Positions 1-8,972 of a stretch of DNA of 64,000 nucleotides are shown in pieces. How positions within the stretch are numbered: the stretch's first letter is position 1; each line of letters begins with the position of its first letter. Position numbers and translations under genes: made by a program. The notes beneath the pieces were generated by a model. It saw only the letters and a program-made list of their open reading frames with translations, was not told where the DNA came from and did not search any database. Where the stretch lies: the NCBI GenBank assembly GCA_003550725.1, contig PUKZ01000003.1, positions 31,124-95,123 of the forward strand, read 5' to 3'. The DNA comes from Bacteroidales bacterium (GTDB lineage: Bacteria > Bacteroidota > Bacteroidia > Bacteroidales > UBA7960).

Positions 1-1858
1 GCATATATCCATAATAATCCTTTTTATTGGGATTGCCCCATTCATCATATTCGGCTGTTGTTAGTGGTATAGACTCATCAAGCATGGTAGTAACAACATC
101 AACAAAAGGTACTTTTGCAATTATCCCTTCAAATAAATCCGGTCGCTTGTTTGCCACTGCACCAACAAGCAATCCTCCAGCACTTATGCCTTTTGCAAAA
201 AACTTTTCCGGGCTGGTATAGTTCTCTTTGATAAGAAATTCAGCACAATCAATAAAATCATAAAAGGTATTTTTTTTATTAAAAAGTTTGCCATCATCAT
301 ACCATTGACGGCCCATCTCCTGTCCTCCCCTTACATGAGCAAGTGCCACAACAAACCCCCTGTCTAAAAGGCTCAGATAGTTTTTGTTAAAGCGTGGGTT
401 AAGGCTGGCGCCATATGATCCATACCCGTATAGCTTTGTTGGATTGGAACCGTCTTTTTCAATGCCATTTTTATAAACAAGTGTTATGGGAATTTTTGTA
501 CCATCACGGGCTGTTGCATTATAACGACGGGTTTTGTATTTACCGGGGTCAAATTCTCCCATAACTTCCTGCTGTTTAATTAATTCCTTATCACCGGTTT
601 CCATATTATAATCATATACGGTTAGTGGAGTGGTCATAGATGTATATGTATAGCGCAAAATATTTGTATCCATATTAGGATTGCGGCCTATTTGCGCAGA
701 ATATGCCTCCTCGGGAAAATCTATAAAATGCTCTTGATTTGTTGATTTGTCAATTATTTTTATATTTCGCATCCCTTTAACTCTTTCCTGCAACACCAGG
801 TGGTCGTCAAAAACATCAATATCTTCAATAAAAACATCTTTGCGATGAGGAATAACATTTGACCAATTTTCTTTTGTAGTATTTTTATCGTCGGTTTGCA
901 TTAACCTAAAGTTTTGAGCATCCCAATTGGTGAGCACATAAAACCTGCCGTTGTCATGCCAGACGCGGTATCGTAAATCTTCCGTCCTGGGCTGAAATAT
1001 TTCAAACTCCCCATCAGGGTCATCGGCATCCAGAATATGAATTTCATTAGAAAGCCTGCTGTTGGATGAAATAACCAGGTAACGGTCATCCTTGGTTTTT
1101 TCAATAGATACATGATAGAAGGTTTCATCTTCCTCATAATAAACCTCTTCATATTCTCCATTTGCAACATCATATTTATAAATACTCTCATACCTTAATG
1201 TTTCAGGGTGTAAAGAAGTGTAAAAAATAGTTTGATTATCATTTGCCCATACAACCCTTCCGCCACAATATTTTATGCCGGTATCATTAACTTCACCGGT
1301 TTCCAAATCTTTAATTTTAACCCTGTATTGGCGACGCCCAAGTGTGTCAACAGTATAAGCAATCATTTTATTATCAGTACTCACATCATAAGTGGCAACA
1401 TTATAAAAAGAATAGTCTTTCGCCATTTCAGGAACATTGAGAATAACCTCTTCTTCAGAATCCATACTTCCTTTCTTTCGGCAATAAATAGGATATTCAC
1501 CCCCCTCCTCATACCTGTAATAATAATAGTATCCGTTATCATAATAAGGTGCCGACTTATAATCTTGTTTAATTCGCCCGGTCAGTTCATTAAAGAGCTT
1601 TTCCTGTAATGATTCTGTATGTTTTAACATATTGTCTAAATACTTATTCTCTTTTTCAATATATGAAATTACATCGGGGTTATCACGCTGATTCATATAA
1701 TAATAAGGATCAATCCTGGTATCACCATGCATTATTAATTTTTTTTCATCCCTTTTTGCTTCGGGTACTTCAACATCCGATTTTTCAACTCTTGGACCGC
1801 AGCCTTGAAAAAAAAGAATAGAAGCTGCCAGTACCGATAAAATAACTTTTTTTTGCAT
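1..1858 (-). CDS. ptrB: Oligopeptidase B / S9A prolyl-oligopeptidase-family serine peptidase; its C-terminus lies beyond the left window edge
   Basis: It is absent from the ORF track because no stop lies in the window. Hand translation of the minus strand from ATG 1858-1856 gives MQKKVILSVLAASILFFQGCGP... then GDTRIDPYYYMNQRDNPDVISYIEKENKYL. It continues in the same frame to LAHVRGGQEMGRQWYDDGKL and FAKGISAGGLLVGAVAN (GxSxGG nucleophile elbow) near the left edge. A mid-gene spot check showed no stops. Confidence 0.85.
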   Translation of the reverse strand, partial: MQKKVILSVLAASILFFQGCGPRVEKSDVEVPEAKRDEKKLIMHGDTRIDPYYYMNQRDNPDVISYIEKENKYLDNMLKHTESLQEKLFNELTGRIKQDYKSAPYYDNGYYYYYRYEEGGEYPIYCRKKGSMDSEEEVILNVPEMAKDYSFYNVATYDVSTDNKMIAYTVDTLGRRQYRVKIKDLETGEVNDTGIKYCGGRVVWANDNQTIFYTSLHPETLRYESIYKYDVANGEYEEVYYEEDETFYHVSIEKTKDDRYLVISSNSRLSNEIHILDADDPDGEFEIFQPRTEDLRYRVWHDNGRFYVLTNWDAQNFRLMQTDDKNTTKENWSNVIPHRKDVFIEDIDVFDDHLVLQERVKGMRNIKIIDKSTNQEHFIDFPEEAYSAQIGRNPNMDTNILRYTYTSMTTPLTVYDYNMETGDKELIKQQEVMGEFDPGKYKTRRYNATARDGTKIPITLVYKNGIEKDGSNPTKLYGYGSYGASLNPRFNKNYLSLLDRGFVVALAHVRGGQEMGRQWYDDGKLFNKKNTFYDFIDCAEFLIKENYTSPEKFFAKGISAGGLLVGAVANKRPDLFEGIIAKVPFVDVVTTMLDESIPLTTAEYDEWGNPNKKDYYGYM

Positions 1859-2286
1859 CTCTTATAATGATATTTAATTAATATTTTTAATAGTCTGAAT
1901 TATTTACCTTAATATTTTATTAAAGCCCATAAAATTAGTAAGAATTGTTGTAATTCATTGTAATCATAAAACTTTTTAGTTAATACCTTAATGTTTTTAA
2001 AATAAATCTAAAACCCTGAGCAAATTTTTCAACCATTTCTTTATGTAAGAAACGTTAAAACAACATTTTTTGTGCAGAAAAATATCAACATTACTAAATG
2101 TTTTTGTTATATAAGTAATTACGTTAATTATCGCCAAAAATCCTCTGACGGAAGTTTCATGGCAATAGTTCTGCATGAAATGCAGGGAAAATTAGTGATA
2201 TATTGTAATTTTTAAATAAATTTGAAAAGTTATATATTTCATAAACATGTTTTGCATTAAATAATAAAAAATCATTAACAGTATAT

Positions 2287-2898
2287 ATGAAAATTTTATG
2301 TATTGGCAGAAACTATCGTGCTCATGCCGAAGAGCTTAAAAGCGAGATCCCCAAAGAACCCGTCTTCTTTATGAAGCCAGAAACTGCTATTATACGCAAT
2401 AATTTGCCGTTTTTTTATCCCGGGTTTTCGGAAAAGATACACTATGAAGTTGAGTTGGTGCTCAAAATATGTAAATTGGGCAAACACATTTCAGAAAAGT
2501 TTGCTCACACTTATTATGATCAAATAGGCATAGGACTTGACTTTACTGCAAGAGATATACAGGAAAACTGTAAGAAAAAGGGCTTGCCCTGGGAAATTGC
2601 CAAGGCATTTGATGGGTCGGCCGCAATAAGCAACTTTGTTGATAAAAATAAGTTTAAAGACCTTAATAACATTAATTTTTCATTGAATTTAAACGGGAAG
2701 ACGGTTCAGAAAGCTTCATCATCGCAAATGATATTCACTTTTGACCAACTTATTTCATACCTTTCAAAATTTGTTACTCTAAAAATAGGAGACCTGGTTT
2801 TTACAGGTACTCCCTCCGGTGTTGGAGAGCTGCATATAAACGACCAACTGGAAGCATATATTGAAAATGAAAAAATTCTCAATGTGAATGTCAAATAG
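2287..2898 (+). CDS. Fumarylacetoacetate hydrolase (FAH) family protein
   Basis: 203 aa. The N-terminus KILCIGRNYRAHAEE...PVFFMKP and the C-terminal GDLVFTGTPSGVG are typical of small FAH-family hydratases/isomerases. Confidence 0.8.
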   Translation: MKILCIGRNYRAHAEELKSEIPKEPVFFMKPETAIIRNNLPFFYPGFSEKIHYEVELVLKICKLGKHISEKFAHTYYDQIGIGLDFTARDIQENCKKKGLPWEIAKAFDGSAAISNFVDKNKFKDLNNINFSLNLNGKTVQKASSSQMIFTFDQLISYLSKFVTLKIGDLVFTGTPSGVGELHINDQLEAYIENEKILNVNVK

Positions 2899-3018
2899 AG
2901 GCAAGATATTCTTTTGCAGGTATTTTTTAGTAAAATAAAACCAATATATGCGGAAATCCCTAAGAAAAAAATATTATTTTAGCAACAAAAGTTCATAGAT
3001 AAATTAAAAATAATTATT

Positions 3019-5316
3019 ATGAATGATCGCAGCAATAAAAGCCTAATCAGCCAGTTCGTTTTAACCGGCTTTTTTTTGGGGCTTATATTTCCAATTATTG
3101 CAATAGTAATTGATCTATTGACAAATGATATGGCTTTTACATTTGGTAATATTGCCAGGGCTCATAATAACACTCCTGTATTATGGATAATAAACACTGC
3201 CCCTTTTGTTATTGCTGCCACAGGCTATTTTATTGGCAAAAGGTTTGCCAGTAAATCCCATGAAATAGAGCGTGTTGCCGGTCAGGAAAAGAAGAAAACC
3301 GAGAAAATACTTTCATTTACAGAGAAGCTTGCCAAAGGTGATGTAGATATAGAATATAAGCCAGACCCCGGAGAGGAATCTGTTGACAAAATAGGTCAAT
3401 CGCTAATTCAATTACAAGAATATCTTAAGAAAAGCAAAGAAGAAGAGGAGTTACGTAAAAAGGAAGATTATCAACGCAGCTGGATAAACGAGGGTTTAGC
3501 AAAATTTAGTGATATTGTAAGGCAAAATAACGATGATCTGCAAGAGTTGTCATACAACATAATATCCAGCCTGGTTGATTATGTGGACGCCAAACAGGGT
3601 GGTGTATTCCTTATAAATGATGACAACCCTAATGACAAACATTTTGAGCTTACTGCATGTTATGCTTACAACAGAAAAAAATTTCTTGAAAAACGTATTG
3701 AGTGGGAAGAAGGGCTTGTAGGTGCATGTGCCCTGGAACAGGAAACCATATATTTGCTTGATATACCAGAAGAACATGTTACCATTACCAGCGGGCTTGG
3801 AGAAACGAAGCCAACAGCATTATTAATTGTACCCTTAAAAGTAAATGAAGAAATTCATGGGGTCATGGAGCTTGCCTCTTTGAATAAATTCGAAAAATAT
3901 CAAATCGAATTTATTGAAAAACTTGCCGAAACAATAGCATCAGTAGTTTCAAGTACAAAAATAAATATTCACACTGCTAAACTTTTAGAAGAATCCCAGG
4001 AAAAAGAAAAAAAGCTTAGGGAGCAGGAAGATGAAATGCGCAAGAACCTTGAAGAGCTTAATATAGCTAAGGAAGAAGCCGCAAGGCAAGGAGAAATGCT
4101 AAGTAATTTCACTAATGCTGTTAATCATACACTTGTAAGAGCTGAATATGAAACAAGCGGCAAATTAATATACGCCAACACAAGGTTTTTAAACAAGCTT
4201 GGGTATAGCAGCAATAAAGAAGTTGAAGGCAAGCACATATCTATGTTTATCAACAAAAAAGACGAAGACTGGTTCTTTAAAATTTGGGACGGATTAGCTA
4301 AAGGCGGCAAACACTTTGAAGGTGATATGAAGCATGTGACCAAGCAGGGACGAGATTTCTGGTCTATGGCTACATATACCTGCGTCAGAAATCCCGACGG
4401 AAGCATAGAAAAAATTCTTTTCCTCGGTATTGATATAACCGAACAAAAGAAACAAAACCTTGACTATGAAGGGCAAATTGATGCTCTTGACCTCTCAAAT
4501 TTAAAAGCCAATTTTAATCCTGAAAGTTATCTCACCGGTGCCAACAAAAAATTTATAAATATATTGAACCTCGATCCTAAAAATTTAAAAGACTTAACTA
4601 TTTTAGATCTTCTAAAAGATGATCATAAAAAAAGTATTAAGTCTGCCTGGAACAATATTCTTAAAGGGATCCCTTTTGAAAGTCAACTTAAGTTTCAAAC
4701 TAAAACAGGGGAAGAAAAATGGCTTCATGGTAACTTTACCGCCGTTAAAGACATGTATGGTGAAGTTGCAAAAGTAATATACCTGGCAACTGATATCACA
4801 GAACGTAAACTTATGGAGCTTGAGAATATAAAACAAACCAAACAACTTCGCAAACAAGAAGAACAATTGTTAAAACAACAAGAACAAATAAAAAAGCAGC
4901 ATGAAGAGTTTAAAAAGCAAACTGAAAAACATATCAAAGATATCGAAACCGTTAAAGAACGAAATGAAAAAACATTGGAAGGTGCTCTTGATGCAATAGT
5001 AACAATCAACCACAATGAAGAAATAGAGTTGTTTAACAAAGCTGCTGAGCAACTATGGAAAATAAACCGCAGTGATGTTCTTGGTCAAAACGTAAAAAAA
5101 ATCCTGCCGCCACCTCATAATAAAGTAAAAAATGGAGAAGTAATAAAATTTCTGCAATCACCTGACAATAACCTTACAGGTAATAGAACAGAGGTCAATA
5201 TTATAGATTATAACGGAGAAGAAATACCTGTTTTGCTTACATTATCAGGCGTAAAAGTAGGCAATAAATATACTTATACAGCATTTATACAAAATATATC
5301 TGTAGAGTTGTTCTAA
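3019..5316 (+). CDS. Membrane-anchored GAF plus multi-PAS sensor protein with no recognisable output domain
   Basis: 765 aa. It has two N-terminal hydrophobic helices, a GAF-like block (..VDAKQGGVFLIND...ELTACYAY...IHGVMELASL), coiled-coil KE-rich linkers and about three PAS-like blocks, and it ends inside the last PAS (..YTYTAFIQNISVELF). I saw no HisKA/HATPase, GGDEF or HTH motif. Confidence 0.75.
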   Translation: MNDRSNKSLISQFVLTGFFLGLIFPIIAIVIDLLTNDMAFTFGNIARAHNNTPVLWIINTAPFVIAATGYFIGKRFASKSHEIERVAGQEKKKTEKILSFTEKLAKGDVDIEYKPDPGEESVDKIGQSLIQLQEYLKKSKEEEELRKKEDYQRSWINEGLAKFSDIVRQNNDDLQELSYNIISSLVDYVDAKQGGVFLINDDNPNDKHFELTACYAYNRKKFLEKRIEWEEGLVGACALEQETIYLLDIPEEHVTITSGLGETKPTALLIVPLKVNEEIHGVMELASLNKFEKYQIEFIEKLAETIASVVSSTKINIHTAKLLEESQEKEKKLREQEDEMRKNLEELNIAKEEAARQGEMLSNFTNAVNHTLVRAEYETSGKLIYANTRFLNKLGYSSNKEVEGKHISMFINKKDEDWFFKIWDGLAKGGKHFEGDMKHVTKQGRDFWSMATYTCVRNPDGSIEKILFLGIDITEQKKQNLDYEGQIDALDLSNLKANFNPESYLTGANKKFINILNLDPKNLKDLTILDLLKDDHKKSIKSAWNNILKGIPFESQLKFQTKTGEEKWLHGNFTAVKDMYGEVAKVIYLATDITERKLMELENIKQTKQLRKQEEQLLKQQEQIKKQHEEFKKQTEKHIKDIETVKERNEKTLEGALDAIVTINHNEEIELFNKAAEQLWKINRSDVLGQNVKKILPPPHNKVKNGEVIKFLQSPDNNLTGNRTEVNIIDYNGEEIPVLLTLSGVKVGNKYTYTAFIQNISVELF

Positions 5317-5318
5317 CA

Positions 5319-5930
5319 ATGAAATTATCACAGCAGTTCTACATAAATGAAGATGTAGTTACCCTGGCAAGGAAAATGCTCGGCAAATACCTTTTTACAA
5401 ACATAGATTCCCATACAATAACAGGCGGTTTAATCAGTGAAACTGAAGCTTATGCCGGCATCAATGACAAAGCTTCGCATGCATACAATAACAAGCGGAC
5501 AAAACGCACCAACACCATGTATATGGAAGGTGGCATAGCATACGTTTATCTTTGTTATGGTATTCATGCCTTATTTAACATAGTAACCAACGATAAAAAT
5601 GAACCACATGCCATACTTGTCAGGGGTATTATACCAACCCACGGCCTTGATAAAATTAAACAACGCACAGGATACAACAAAATAACCAAAGATTCACTAA
5701 ACGGCCCGGGAAAAGTTACAAAAGCACTGGGAATCAATACATCCCACGACAAAACACCACTTACTGAAAATAAAATCTGGATAGAAAACAGCAAAATAAC
5801 AATCCCTGAAGAAAAAATAATTACAACCAAAAGAATTGGTATTGATTATGCCGGCAAAGATGCCCTCCTGCCCTATCGTTTTATCTTAGATTACAAATAT
5901 GATAATCTAAAAAAAAACAATAAAGATTAA
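5319..5930 (+). CDS. DNA-3-methyladenine glycosylase (MPG/AAG family)
   Basis: 203 aa with the motifs ETEAYAG, DKASHAY and GGIAYVYLCYGIHALFNIVT, characteristic of the MPG family. It starts 2 nt after the sensor gene's stop codon. Confidence 0.85.
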   Translation: MKLSQQFYINEDVVTLARKMLGKYLFTNIDSHTITGGLISETEAYAGINDKASHAYNNKRTKRTNTMYMEGGIAYVYLCYGIHALFNIVTNDKNEPHAILVRGIIPTHGLDKIKQRTGYNKITKDSLNGPGKVTKALGINTSHDKTPLTENKIWIENSKITIPEEKIITTKRIGIDYAGKDALLPYRFILDYKYDNLKKNNKD

Positions 5931-6209
5931 TATTGGCAAAAAGAGGATCTGAAAAGTTATAAAAAACCTACTCTTCACTACTGTCAATTCACTGAAGTAG
6001 CTATAAATAAAACAACTTCAAACTAAGAAAAATTTCGGAAACAAGAATGATTTATGCATGCTACAAATGCATTATCTCTTTATTTAACAATTTTATAATT
6101 TACATAACATAATAATATTTTCAACTGTTAAATGCTAATCTATAGTTAATTAGCCAAAAAATTAAAAAAATAAGCAAATTATTTTTTTAATTTTTATAAT
6201 AAAATTATT

Positions 6210-6217
6210 TATTTTTG
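6210..6217 (+). promoter_or_regulatory. Candidate Bacteroidota -7 promoter box (TAnnTTTG)
   Basis: TATTTTTG lies 27 nt upstream of the ATG at 6245. The motif alone is frequent in AT-rich DNA, so only its position supports the call. Confidence 0.35.
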
Positions 6218-6244
6218 AATAAACCCAATTAAGCGAATATAGTT

Positions 6245-6679
6245 ATGAAAATACTGATTTTGTGTACCGGCAATTCATGCAGAAGCCAAATGGCTCACGG
6301 CTTTTTAAAAAGCTTCGACCCCATGTTAAGTGTCTATTCAGGTGGAACTAAGCCCGAATCTAAAGTTAATCCATACGCAGTTAAGGTTATGAAAGAAGCC
6401 GGCGTCGATATAAGTGATCACCTGCCCGTAGATGCAGCCAAATATACTGACACTTCGTTCGATTGGGTTATTACCTTATGCGATAAGGCAAAGGAAACAT
6501 GCCCGGTTTTTAAAGGAAAAGTTGCATGCAAAATGCATATTAGTTTTGATGACCCCTCTGCTTATAATGGTTCAGAAGAACAAATACTAAAAGAATACCG
6601 CCGAATACGCGACCAAATTCTGGAAAGATTTAAAGCATTTTACAATAAAAGAATCCTGCAGGTAGATCAAGAGGGATAA
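6245..6679 (+). CDS. arsC: Arsenate reductase, thioredoxin-coupled LMW-PTP family
   Basis: 144 aa. It has the P-loop LCTGNSCRSQMA plus downstream Cys in ITLC and KETC, matching the Cys10/82/89 spacing of pI258-type ArsC. No arsR/arsB/acr3 gene is adjacent. Confidence 0.75.
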   Translation: MKILILCTGNSCRSQMAHGFLKSFDPMLSVYSGGTKPESKVNPYAVKVMKEAGVDISDHLPVDAAKYTDTSFDWVITLCDKAKETCPVFKGKVACKMHISFDDPSAYNGSEEQILKEYRRIRDQILERFKAFYNKRILQVDQEG

Positions 6680-6919
6680 CACCTAATAAACCAGAATATT
6701 TGTTGCTGTTTTATAAAAATTTTACAATAACACTCTTTTACATTCTTACTGATTTTGTAATTAATTAAAAAATCATTTTTTGTATATTTAGGTCAGGTTT
6801 TGAGTTTTATGTAACTTAAAGCTATTTTAATATATGACAACAAACAAAACATTTATTTCTAAATATTTAATCAGTTTTTTCTGGATAAACCTCAATTTTA
6901 ATTTGAAAAATATAAATAT

Positions 6920-7927
6920 ATGCATGAAGCACAATTTTATATCTCTCTCGAAGAAAATAAATTACAATGTCAACTTTGCCCCCATGTTTGTATAATAGGA
7001 GAAAACCGCCGGGGTAAATGCAATGTACGTATCAACAAATCAGGAAAGCTTTATAGTGAAAACTATGGCAAAGCTACAGGTATGCATTGCGAGCCGGTTG
7101 AAAAAAAACCCTTATATAACTTTTATCCCGGCCGCAAAATTTTTTCACTAGGCTCATACGGATGTAATCTTGATTGTAGTTTCTGTCAAAACTATCACTT
7201 ATCAAAAGCTTCATATTATAGTGTTATTTCTGCAAGCAATGCAAGTGTTAATGATGTAGTTGACAGGGTAATAAATTCGCCAAATAGTTGTGGTATCTCA
7301 TATACTTTTAACGAACCTTTTGTATGGTATGAGTATATGATAGATATTGCCGTTAAGGTAAAAGAAGAAGGTTATGCAAATGCAATTGTTTCAAATGGAT
7401 ACATTAATCCCAAACCTCTTGAAAAACTTCTTGATGTTATAGACGGTTTTAATATAGATTTAAAATCGTTCACCGATGATTTTTACAAAAAATATACAGG
7501 CGCATCATTGGAGCCGGTAAAAAAAACTCTAAAAACCATAGCCAAAAGAAATATTCACCTCGAAATTGCCAACCTGGTAATTCCCGGTTTAAATGATGAC
7601 ACAAAAACATTCGGTGATATGATAACCTGGATTTCTGACGAACTTGGTAAAGATACACCATTGCATATAAACAGATACTATCCTTCATATAAAATGAGTA
7701 TTGAACCAACTCCCCTTGAAACAATTGTAGAGCTAAGAGAAACAGCCCTTGAAAAACTTAATTTTGTCTATTGTGGTAACGTACCCCCGTTAAATGGCTG
7801 TAGCGATACTACATGCCCGGGATGCAGCGAAACAGTTATAAAAAGAACCGGTTATAAAACACTTGTTGATAATATAAATAAAAATGGTCATTGCGTGCAT
7901 TGTGATTATAAAATTGCTATTTGTTAA
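6920..7927 (+). CDS. amrS: AmmeMemoRadiSam system radical SAM enzyme
   Basis: 335 aa. It has an N-terminal Cys cluster (CQLCPHVC...GKCNVR), the radical SAM motif CNLDCSFCQNY and a C-terminal Cys-rich tail (CSDTTCPGC...CVHC). It is adjacent to a Memo-like gene. Confidence 0.8.
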   Translation: MHEAQFYISLEENKLQCQLCPHVCIIGENRRGKCNVRINKSGKLYSENYGKATGMHCEPVEKKPLYNFYPGRKIFSLGSYGCNLDCSFCQNYHLSKASYYSVISASNASVNDVVDRVINSPNSCGISYTFNEPFVWYEYMIDIAVKVKEEGYANAIVSNGYINPKPLEKLLDVIDGFNIDLKSFTDDFYKKYTGASLEPVKKTLKTIAKRNIHLEIANLVIPGLNDDTKTFGDMITWISDELGKDTPLHINRYYPSYKMSIEPTPLETIVELRETALEKLNFVYCGNVPPLNGCSDTTCPGCSETVIKRTGYKTLVDNINKNGHCVHCDYKIAIC

Positions 7928-8059
7928 TTTATTAGTTTTGATGAAATTAAATCAGATTATCAGTTATTTGAAAATTATATTGAATTCAGGTTTATTATTT
8001 TGTAAATTGTCAATATTCGGTTGGTTATTAATCTATAAACTTATAAATAATTATTATTT

Positions 8060-8896
8060 ATGTCAAAAAGCATTAGAAAACCTGCGGTATCAGGGATGTT
8101 TTATCCATCAGGCAAAAACGAGTTATTAAATTTAATTAAGGAAATTGATCGTCAGGAAGAATCAAGATTTGAAACCGTTTTTGCACAGCATAATATTATT
8201 GGTGGCATTGTACCACATGCCGGCTATATGTATTCCGGATACCAGGCTGTTCATTTTTTTAAAGTCTTGCAAAATGCCCGGCAAACTATTGATACAGTAG
8301 TTATTTTAAACCCTAATCATAGTGGTATAGGCCCCGGAGTTGCATTAGATGAAAATTCTTTATGGGCAACACCTTTAGGGCATGCAGAAATAGATGATGA
8401 ATTTTACCGTGCACTTGATATACTCGCCTCATCTATCGCGCATGATAACGAACATTCAGGCGAAGTTATGGTGCCATTTTTACAATATTACCTGGATGAT
8501 TCAAAAAAAATAGCGCCAATAAGCATGTCTGACCAATCATATGAAACTGCTGTTGAAATAGCACGCAAAATCAATATCGCAGTATCAGAAACCGGGAAAA
8601 AGATAGTTATGATTGCCTCAAATGATTTTTCACACTTTGTCGAACCGAGTGAAGGATACAAACTTGACAACCTTGTTTATGAAAAAATAGAAAAACTTGA
8701 CGCCAAAGGTGTTTATGACACTATCAGAAAAAACAATATAAGTGTTTGCGGTTATGGGCCGATTATGGTTATGATTGAATATTGTAAACAAAAACATCCC
8801 GGTGTAAAAACAAAGCTATTGAGAAGAGGTAATTCCGGTGATATATCCCCTTCAACAAGTGTGGTAAACTATATTACTTCTTTATTTTATGAATAA
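8060..8896 (+). CDS. amrB: AmmeMemoRadiSam system protein B (MEMO1 family)
   Basis: 278 aa. IRKPAVSGMFYP and IVPHAGYMYSG at the N-terminus are typical of Memo/AmrB proteins. Confidence 0.8.
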   Translation: MSKSIRKPAVSGMFYPSGKNELLNLIKEIDRQEESRFETVFAQHNIIGGIVPHAGYMYSGYQAVHFFKVLQNARQTIDTVVILNPNHSGIGPGVALDENSLWATPLGHAEIDDEFYRALDILASSIAHDNEHSGEVMVPFLQYYLDDSKKIAPISMSDQSYETAVEIARKINIAVSETGKKIVMIASNDFSHFVEPSEGYKLDNLVYEKIEKLDAKGVYDTIRKNNISVCGYGPIMVMIEYCKQKHPGVKTKLLRRGNSGDISPSTSVVNYITSLFYE

Positions 8897-8972
8897 AAAG
8901 CGGGTTTTAGAATAAAACACCCTTATTATTCAGAGAGTATAAAATAATAATACGCCGGAATAATAAAAGAAT

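Noticed and set aside
27-1821. Track ORFs 27-221, 901-1191, 1232-1609 and 1609-1821.
   Set aside because: All are off-frame or antisense within the oligopeptidase B gene. That gene is missing from the track only because it runs off the window edge.
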